Source: Octopus vulgaris
Lineage: Eukaryota
Assembly (NCBI GenBank): GCA_951406725.2
Contig: OX597822.1
Span: forward strand, 89,838,001-89,902,000
Direction of reading: 5' to 3'
Length of the DNA: 64,000 nt
The notes beneath the pieces were generated by a model, which saw only the letters and a program-made list of their open reading frames with translations, ran no database searches and was not told where the DNA came from. The position numbers were made by a program, and so were the translations under genes. Positions 30,310-41,027 of the stretch are shown piece after piece. Each line of letters begins with the position of its first letter. The stretch's first letter is position 1.

Positions 30310-33031
30310 TATTTTTTATTTTCCGTAGTTCCTGCTCATAGCTGCGGCCATGCTGATTCACCGCTGTTTTGCTACACTGTTATTAATGAGAGCCTCCCCC
30401 ATATGTGGCAGTTGGTGAAGAATGGAGTTTGATGTAGCTACCCTTATTTGCACCTCTTGCCGTGAGGTAGGTTCATCTGGGACTCTCAACAGGAAGAGGC
30501 CCAGCTTTGATTTAAAAAGGCCTATATCTACTTTGTGCAGGTTCCTCAGGCTCTTTGAGAGAATATTAAAAAGTTGTGGGCCCCTGAAAACCAGGCTGTT
30601 GCAGTAACTAGTCCTGAAGCATGAAGGTGTTGCTGGGACCTTTGGCACTATGCAGTGTCATCCCGTTCTGGCATTGGTGTAGCTTTCAATGCCAATATTT
30701 GGCACAATGCCTTCCAGGATCTTCCAGATGTATAATACTGCATACCTCTCCTGCCTTCTCTGCAGGGAGTAGAGTCTTAGCTGTTTCAGCCCTTCCCAGT
30801 AGCTGAGCAGTTACAAAGAGACGATCTTCTTTGTGAATCTTCTCTGGATTGCTTCAAGGTCAGCTGTTAATTTCATACTGGTGGATGACCATAGTTGTGA
30901 GCAGTAATCCAGGCGGCTGAGGATGAATGTCTTCCAGAGGACTATCATGGTTTCCTTATCCCTGGTTCTGAATGTTCTCAGGATCAAGATCATCATTCAT
31001 GCTGATACCCAGGTCCCTCACTGATTTAGGCTCTGGGATTGAAATTCCCTGTGGACCAGTATACCCTGTAAGTTTCATATTCAGTTTTGGATGCTGGTAG
31101 CACAGGGCTTGGAATTTTTCAGCATTAAACTGCATATTACTATCCTCAGCCCATCTGTAAATTGACTCCAACTCCTGCTGCAGATGTGCAACATTGCTGG
31201 GTTCTGTATTTTCTGTGAGACTTTCGTATTGTCTGCATAGCTTGCAAGGGTGACTATCAAGGCACTTGAAGGCATATCTGAGAGGGCCACTATAAAAAGC
31301 AGTGGTCCCAAGACAGTGCCCTGTGGAACACCGCTCACTATTTGTATGTTCATAGAGGTGGCTCCATTAACCACTACTGCCCGATTTCTATCTTTCAGAA
31401 AGTCATGTAACCACTCTCAAAGTTTTCCAGCTGTGCCGAGATCACGCAGTTTGTGGCATATCATACCATGATCCACCTTGTCAAAAGCTTTTGAGTAACT
31501 GCCTCAAATATCAGTCATAATGTTGTAAGAGCTGGGTCAGGCAGCTCCTACCTGGTCGAAAGCCATGCTGAATATCACTCAGCAAGTTTTCTTCAAGGAA
31601 TGCAGTTAGTTTCCCTCTGACTATCCATTCCATGACTTTGCTGATTTGTGAAGTCAGAGAGACAGGCCTGTAGTTTTTGGCATCTGCTTTGCTTTCCCTT
31701 TATGTATTGGGCATATTATTCCCTCCTTCAGCCTGCTTGGCAGCTTGCCATTTGCAAGAAAGCTCTGGAAGAGAATCTGTAGGGGTTTTTGCCAGGGTAT
31801 GCTTACACGATTTGGGGAGGATTGCTAGGAAACCATGAGGACCAGCAGTTCACTTGTTTGTGTTCCAACGGGGTGGTACAGACACTTTTGAACTGGTCAT
31901 TCAGTATCTAACTGATCTTAGTTGGACTGTCTGTGAGGGAGCCATCATTTTGGAAGAGGGGTCCTATCTTGCAGTGTACTGAGGCTGTTTCTTTCACATA
32001 ATGAAAGGCCTTTGGGTTTGACTTAATGTTTTTTATAACCCAGGCTTCTTTGTCTGCTTTCTCCCTCACATAGGATTGTTGCAGCCTTTTTTCAATCTCC
32101 ATCAGTGTCGTTTTTAGGCAGGACGTTTCGCTACTTTTGGGATATTGGTTGAGTCGATTTGCAATCTTCATCCATATCTCATGTGGATTTTCCTCTCCCT
32201 TGGAATCTTGTTCCTATTTGTTTTGGCCTTGTGCTCTGGGACATATTTCTGGCATATGGCTTGCACAACAGACATGAAACATTCTAGTTTCATGTCAATG
32301 TCTGATGTGGAGAGACATTTCGGCCAGTTCTCTCTGAGGATCGATTTCCAATCCGCTTTGTGGAAGTTCAGATTGGAGAGATTTCAGGTACTTCCTTTAG
32401 GCTGTATGTCTCTGGTTACTTTCGGCCCAAACATAAACAGCTCTATTATGTTATGATCCGAGACTAATGTCGGTGTCACTTTCACATCATGAATGATGTC
32501 CATATTGTTCGTGAAGCAGAGATCCAGAATGTTATTCGCCCTAGTTGGTCTGAATACAGCTTGCTCCATGAATAGGGTATTGGTGAGGTTGAGCAGGGAC
32601 TCCACCTGTGCTTGCTTGCAATAAGTCATTCCTGAGAGTATGAGACCTTCGGGCCATTTGAAATCACCCATAAGAAATATGGTCCCGTGGTGTTCCAGAT
32701 TCATGAGGATTTCTTTAACTCTTGTGAGGCAATCTTCAAACTTGCCTATGTGGTTTGGAGCATCCCGTGGGCAATATGTATTGCATATGACTATATTATG
32801 TTGTCTTATGTATACAATTAGAGTGTCACATACCAAATTTGAGTATGACAGTAAGACCTGGGTTGTGTCATCACGGATGTCTACAGCAACTCCACCATGA
32901 CTCCTTTCCCTTCTGTCTGTTCACAGTATGGCATAGTTTGGTATATGTACTTCTGCATCCTCTATATCAGGGCTGAGGTGAGTTTCCACGAGTGCTATGC
33001 ATAGAGCTTGATTGCATCCAGTAAGATTTCT

Positions 33032-33064
<33 letters not shown>

Positions 33065-34266
33065 GTATATGTAGGTATGTACATATATGTATGTATATAT
33101 ACATATATTTATATATTATTATATGATCGAATGCCATGCATCCTTTTCCAAGTAAGTTTTATCTTAATAATTATGATGCACACTCTTCTATCTTTACTTC
33201 CTCTTCTCTGTCTATCTCTCTCCCTCTCTTGTTCATCCTTTCTGGTTTTCTCTCCCACCCCTCCCTATTCTTCTCCTCTCCTCTTCACTTTTCCCCCTCT
33301 CTCACTCCTCCTCTTTGACTCTCGTCACTGACCCGTGACAAAAGAGAAACTATCTTTCTGACTGCTACCCTGGTAAAGACAACAACATGCTTACACTGTC
33401 TTCTTCATAAGCTTGTCCTCCTAGCATTCAGAATTTTTCTATTGTCTTGGCTTAACAGCCCTCAACATTTGTTTTTACTGTTTGTTTCTTGTTCTCACTG
33501 TTCTGTTCTTGTTACCACTTTCACCCTCCGCAAAAAAATCCCAAATTTTATTTAATTTGCTTTGCGGGAAGGACTGTTTCAACAAAGTCGCGTCTTGTCC
33601 TTACCTTCGAAACACAGAGTAGATGAAACAGGGACAACTGAAGAAGAGGAATATCCTTTATGTTGTATGTGTTGTGTCTCTGTTTGTTTATTTTTGTTGT
33701 TCGAAAAAAAGTTCATTTCTGTTTTTGTTTCTCATTGTGTTCAACATTTTTTTGATGTCCTGTACCCATATATACATGTACTAGCAGTATCGCCCGGCGT
33801 TGCTCAGGTTTGTAAGGGAAATAACTATAAAGCATTTTTAGAGAGTTATAGCCAAAAAATAGCAAAAAGATGGGAAAAAATGATGGTAAATTTTTTTTTT
33901 TAGTTAAAAAAGGTGGAGTTGTGTCCCCTAGACAGTTTGCGGTTTGTGTTTCTGATTCTCGACCCCATGTCGAATTTATCGATTTTTTTCAGAACTGGGG
34001 GAACTTTTCAAAATTTTCGCTGCGTTAGTTTTGAATTATGACATTGGGCTATGTGTGTGTCAAGTTTCATCAGAATCGGTTGAAAGCCGTGGTCAGGGTG
34101 AGGGTACAAGAAAACAGACACACAGAAACACGCACAGACAAACTGCCGTTTATATAGAGAGAGAAGAGATATGTAGGTATGTACATATATTTATATATTA
34201 TTTATACTATTATATGATCGAATGCCACGCATCCTTTTCCAAGTAAAGTTTTATCTTAATATATAC

Positions 34267-34319
<53 letters not shown>

Positions 34320-34530
34320 CACATACATACATATATATATATACACATACATACATATATATATATACACATACATACATATATATATATACACATACAT
34401 ACATATATACACATATATATATACATACATATGCATATATATATGCATATATATACATACATATGCATATATATATATATGCATATATATATATAGACAT
34501 ACATATATATACACATATATATAGACATAC

Positions 34531-34568
<38 letters not shown>

Positions 34569-37500
34569 TAGCTTAACCCTTTAGCATTTAAACCGGCCAT
34601 ATCCGACCAAAAGTATTCTGCCTGTATTATGTTCAAACTGGCCAGATCTAGTCTCTCACACCAACCCTACAATATCGTTTTAAAAATGAACAGCTCAAAA
34701 TCTCATAGCTACAAGATAATGCATGATTAGTTCAAAACAATGTGGATAAAAAAGCATTAACTTTGGCAGAATAATGTGAACACTAAAGGGTTAAAAGCTA
34801 CTCTCTGTGTGGACTTCCAAGCTAGCTCTTGCACGGGGCTAATTGGGCCTGTGGCCCAAAACTAAGTCTTTCTTTCACCTGAGAATGTAGCTTAACCCTT
34901 TTGTTACTGTATTTATTTTGTGATGCTGTATGTTTCTTTCAATTACTTTAAATAAAACAAAGAATTTAATAAAATAACTTAGTTATCATTCAGCTAGTGT
35001 TATGAATATAAATTGTCACTAAGGTTTGGTGGAAGATTTTAATTCAAAACTTGTGAAAACAAGACATTTGTACCCAGAGCCAGTTTCAGCTGGGTTGGTA
35101 ACAAAAGGGTTAAATTCTGCATTATTTTGAAAGATTTTTTGCATTAACACAGACATGTAAACAATTGCAGCGTGGAAGGTGTTTATAACCCATTTAAGAA
35201 ACACACGAAACCGTTAGATTCACTTGAACATTTAAATTTAATTTGTCAAAATATTTTCATTGTTTTCGTTCCCGCACACGATCTCAGATCAAGTCACTCG
35301 CTATGCAAATACATCTCCATAACAGACATGTAAGTAATTCGTTTATTATTAAATATAATAATACAATGTATCCCAAAAGTCACTAAAGGGTTTCAATTTG
35401 TACTAACTTCCTTAACTTTGCAAATAAATGTACAAAATACAAAATAAAGAGCATAATGGAAATTAATATGCACTAATCAAATTTTGCAACACCATCACAT
35501 CACATATGGAAAAAGATATCAGCCATTTTCAGCTTCGCGCACCTGTGCTCTTTCCAAAACTTGCACCATAACACCCTCAAGAGTTTCAAACCCCACTCCT
35601 GATTTTTCTATTGATGTTCTACTTCAGTTGCACCATAGTCTCTGACTTGTTGACATAAACCCTCTCATTCAGGTATCCCCACAAGAAAAAATCCGGGCTA
35701 GTCAAGTCGGGGGAATGTGAAGGCCAGTTGACATTGCTGTAGCAGGAGATTATTCTCTCTCCAAAGCACTGCCATAGCAACTGCGTTTTCTTGCAGTAAG
35801 AGCAGTTGTCCTATCTTGCTGGAACCATGTATGAGGTCTACTTTGAATGGCCTTCATGTTCTTGGACTTGATTAGTCTGGATTTTTTCTTGTGGGAATAC
35901 CTATTTCTTTACTACCCACAAGGGGCTAAACACAGAGGGGACAAACAAGGACAGACGAACAGATTAAGTCAATTACATCGACCCCAGTGCGTAACTGGTA
36001 CTTATTTAATCGACCCTGAAAGAATGAAAGGCAAAGTTGACCTCGGCGGAATTTGAACTCTGAATGTAGCGACAAACGAAATATGGCTACGCATTTCGCC
36101 CGGTGTGCTAACGTTTCTGCCAGCTCGCAGTCGTATCTTGTGGGAATACCTGAAAGAGAGGGTTTACGTCAACAAACCAGAGACCCTGGTGCAACTGAAG
36201 AAGAAAATCAATAGAGAAATCAGAGGAGTGGGGTCTGAAACTCTTGAGGGTGTTATGGTGCAAGTTTTGGAAAGAGCATGAAAGTGTGAAGCTGAAATGG
36301 CTGCCATTTAAGCGGTCATTTTTCATATGTGATGTAATGGTGTTGCAAAATTTGACGCGTGCATATTAATTTCCATTATCTATCTATCCGCTCGGTCAAA
36401 GCCGACTCTCGGTTACTCAATGGATCAGTGTCCTCCAGCCAGTTCTATCTTTTCATTATGTCCTTTATATTGCATCAAAATTTCAAGCATCTATTTGTGA
36501 AGTTAAGGAAGTTATTAAAAACTGAAACCCATCAGTGACTTTTGGGACACCCTGTATAAATTACCTACAGGTTCTTAAGTTACGAAACAACTTGTTAGGC
36601 TATTTGAATTTTGTTATTGTTAAATAAGATTTCATGAAACTATTTCTCTATCATTTATGACTTTCTATGCACCGTATCGTTTTCTCTTGTATCTTACTAT
36701 ATATTCTATGTCTTGTAGATTAAAGAGCCTTTTTATGAATACTACCGGAATACTTGAATTCACATACTGTGACTTAAATTTACATATAAATATATATACA
36801 TACATATATACACGTCTCTTTCTCTTTCTCTTTCTCTCTCTCTCTATATATATATATATATACACACATATATATATGGCACGTAAAAAGCAGCATCTGA
36901 TCGTGGCCGTTTGCCACCCTTGTCTGGCACCTGTGCTGGTGGCACGTAAAAAGCACCCACTACACTCACGGAGTGGTTAGCGTTAGGAAGGGCATCCAGC
37001 CGTAGAAACATTGCCAGATCAGACTGGGCCTGGTGCAGCCTTCTGGCTTCCCAGACCCCAGTTGAACCGTCCAATCCATGCTAGCATGGAGAACGGATGT
37101 TAAACGATGATGATGATGATGATGATGGCACCTGCGCATCGTAGCCATGGTCATTGTTGTCATGACCATTCGCTGCCAGTGACACCCATGCATCATAATT
37201 GTGGTCATCAACGGTACCATGTAAATGGCACCTGTGAATCGTCGTGGTCAATGCCAGTGCCATGTAAATGGTACATACCAGTGAATTGTAGTTGTGGTTA
37301 TTGCTGGTGTCATGTAAATAGCAGTTGTGCCAGTGGAACGTAAAAACACCCTTTAAACTCCTGGAGCAGTTGGTGTTAGGAAGAGCATCCAGCTGTAGAA
37401 AGCACGTCAAATCAGACTGGAACCTGGTGCAACTCTCCAACTCATCAGCTTCAGTCAAACCATCTAACCCATGCCAGCATGGAGAGCAGACATTAAATGA

Positions 37501-40500
37501 TGATGATACACATGCACATACATATATATACACATATCTTTATACATACATCTATCTATAAACATTCATATATACATACATGTACACACACACAATAGAA
37601 TGCCTTGACAGATTTTTGGAATATCACACCTATGTAAGTTGAATTTTTTCCATTTTGACATGGATGTTCGAAGCATATTTTCCAGCACACTCTTGTAAAG
37701 GAGGAGTGGAAGCATTTTATGAACAAAAAATTTTGGAAATATATGAAGTTTTTGCAAATTCCATTTCTCCACTCAGTACGAATTTTGGTTGTTGAAGCAC
37801 ATGGTTCTCACTCTAGACAGGATTGCTGAGACCTTCGCTCAGTGCAATGATGTCCATTTCAGGGGTTGGTATAGCTCTCAATGCCAAAGTTTGGAGCCAA
37901 CCCCTTCAGGATCTTCCATGCATATATCACTGCATATATCTCCTGTCTTTGCTCTATGGAGTAGAGTCATAGCTCTTTCAGTCTCTCCCAGTAGCTCAGC
38001 TGCTCCATTGATCCAATCTTCCTGGTGTAGCACTATTGAATTGCCTCATATTCCACTATTAATGTGACACTATGGGATGACCACAGTTGAGAGCAGTAGT
38101 CCAGATGGCTGAGTACATAGAACCAGCATAGTTTCCAAGTCCCTTGTTCTGAAAGTTCTCAGGATCCAACCTGCCATTTGCCTGCACACTGCCACTATCT
38201 TGGTAATATGTACATGAAATGAGGTGTTACTGCTTGTATCAATCCCCAGATCACACAGTATACTTGACTTTGGGATTGTAACACTTTTTAGTCCAAAGTA
38301 TCTTTGCTGTGGCATGTAGCACTGGCTACAATATGGTGGAGGTCTTGGAATTTACCTTCATTAAACTGCATGCTTCCTTCAGCCCATTTATATATGGCAT
38401 CTAGGTCTTTCTGCAGAAGTTTACGTTAATGTGTCTAACATATCAATTGGTATGTCCAATAACTTAACACTGCTGTATGCGGTGGCTATATAAGCAATGT
38501 GTTCAGGGGCAATAACGGGTTAGATGAATGCTGACGAAGGGGCAACAACCCCCAAAATATGGCATATACACTCATTACCCATTTTTGTCTTCGATCACAT
38601 TGTTTACATTTGACGTCTCAATATGAAACGTTGTAGTAAAAATCAGCGCTGGCTATAAGTTCTATAGAATATCTGTAGAAATAACCGTAACAAAATTTCT
38701 GTAGAAGATTAGCATCAGAAGGTTCTTTGACTGTTTGTACTACTTTTGTTTCATAGGCATAGCTAGTAAGTGTGACTGTCTGTGTCACTGATGATATTGC
38801 TAGAATCCCTTTGTATTTCTTTAGAAGAATTACTGGGAATCAATCAGGGCCTGTGGCTAGGATTGAGCTCATTTCATCAATGGCTGATATTACATCAGTT
38901 TCCTCTATTTCAGTGTTATCAATAATTGCCATCTTTGTGTAAAGCTGTGGTGCTGAAGAACTCACCTGGCATAGCTATTTTCAAGTGTCCCAATGAAGTT
39001 GTGAAAACATTCTGGTATTGCACATTCAGTATTCCACTTATCATCAGGGGATCTGCAGTCAGTGAGCTATTTTCCTTGAACAGTGGTCCTATCTTGTACT
39101 GTATTGAAGCAGACTCTTTCGAAGCCTTTATGATTTGTCTTATATTTTCGACAGCCCTGGATTCTCTGCCCTCTCATTTTCATGGGAGTGTTTGAGTTCA
39201 TTTTTGATCTCAAGCAATGTTTGTTTGAGATAGGGTCCTTTACTGACCTTTAGTGGCCCATTTAGATTGTTTAAGATTTTTGCTTGTCATCTCGTTAGAA
39301 TCCTCCTATGCTCAGGAATGATATTTTTCTCTTGGTTTGGCATTCTCTCTGCAGCAAACTTACTACATATGTCATGCATGATTGTCACAAAATACTGTAG
39401 TTTTATGCTAATATCTTGCATAGAGAGACTAAGAGACCAGTTTTGTTTCATAACCTCTTTCTCAATATCCCTCTAATCAGCTTTATGAAATTTCAGGCTA
39501 GAGAAGAGTTGGGTGCTTCTAGTAGCCTGCATGTCTGCAGTTTTCTGTGGACCAAACTTTGTTAGGTATTAAATTATGATCTGAGAGAATCATTAGTGTC
39601 ATGATAACATTATAGATATGCACTGCATCATTTGTGAAGCAAAGGTCCAGGACATTTTTATCCCTTGTTCAGTGTTACTTCACAGACTCATACTGCATTA
39701 TTCTTTGCAGGAACTTAGATGTTCCATATTGAAGTAATGGTTAAAATTTGGTCATTCAGTACTCTAATACTGTCCGACGAAGTGTCAAATAAGCACCCCA
39801 TAATTTTTAAGTATTTATATCTATCTCTATTTTTTTTTTTTTTCCCTGAAAATATCTTCAAATTTCAGTTATCAGTGGTAGAAATTACAATTCTGCAAAT
39901 AAAAATGTTTTTTTAAAACTACAATTTCTTATCGATTTTTTTGATCCACTTCAAGGACATACTTGGCAGTAACTTTGTCATTTTCGAAAATTTTCGAGAT
40001 GTAGTGTAGGTTTTGAAAAGAGTGCGATTCTATACAAAAAAAAAATAGAGATTTAGTGTTAGTATTAGAGTCTAAGTTTAAGAGTTAAGGTTTAAGGTGA
40101 TGACTAAGGAGAAGAATTTAAAGTTAAGGTGATGACTAAGGAGAAGAATTTAAAGTTAGAGTTTGTTGTTAACGCTTTGACGTAGGTTTTCGATTTAAGA
40201 TTACTAAGATAACTTTAAACAGAAATTGGGAGATTAAAAAGATTTGAATTTGAGTACAATATTTTGCAGAATTGGTAATCGCATCTGTTTAAAATATGAA
40301 TATCTGAAAGAATATTCTTAAAAATTACTTAGTCCGAAAATTCGGTGGAAGCTTATCCAAAATATTTACTATATGTTAAATAATTTGCTTTGAGATGTTA
40401 AGGTTAATTCCCTGAGACCTGAACTCGGGCAACACCGGGTTTTTCAGCTCGTGTGTGTGTGTATCTATGTATGGATGATGTGTGTTTGTGTGTATGTATA

Positions 40501-40996
40501 TATCTGTGTGTGTGTATATTTCGCTGCAGCACGAGACTTCAGTGTACAAATAGTGTTTGTGTTCGAAGCCCTCCGAGAGAGCAAACTCATTCATTCATGC
40601 ATATATACACACACAGATAAAAGATGAACAAACACCTATATATAACTATATATCATTTAAAAATGATATTATATAACCGTAATCATAGCTGTATTTGGCG
40701 AGGAACTACATTTTTTTCTTTGCCAAATATATCTATGTATGTACATCTTTTATAAACGATACAATGCCACATATAAGTATTTGCCAATTTTTTTATCGCT
40801 TTATTACATGCTCCAGCTAGATATTCCTTATAGCCAACTCTTGTTTCGTGGAATTATTTCCATTCTGATTAAAAGGTTGAATTTTAAAAACCCAGACTCG
40901 TCCGAGCACTAATCCGGTGTTCATCTATTATACGTTTACAATAGTCTACTTATTCACCGTGGATTCTTAGACAACTTATATATATGTATGTGTGTG

Positions 40997-41027
<31 letters not shown>

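Larger units (their letters stand above)
33061..34260 (+). mobile_element. Non-coding Penelope-like/retrozyme-like element with ~100-bp direct terminal repeats; right repeat interrupted by a Helitron
   Basis: ACATGTATATGTAGGTATGTACATATAT...TATATGATCGAATGCCAYGCATCCTTTTCCAAGTAA...TTTTATCTTAAT occurs at 33061-33168 and again at 33774-33780 + 34170-34260. Unit ~710 nt with one hammerhead-like motif and no credible ORF. Flanked by microsatellite. Confidence 0.7.

Noticed and set aside
35146-35335. Small element with ACAGACATGTAA direct repeats and a GAAA-ATAT-TT half-motif on the minus strand
   Set aside because: The CUGANGA half is absent, so a ribozyme cannot be called.
39780-40340. Weak inverted similarity around TTAAGG-like repeats
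   Set aside because: Too diverged to define ends or a TSD. Probably an old foldback element.
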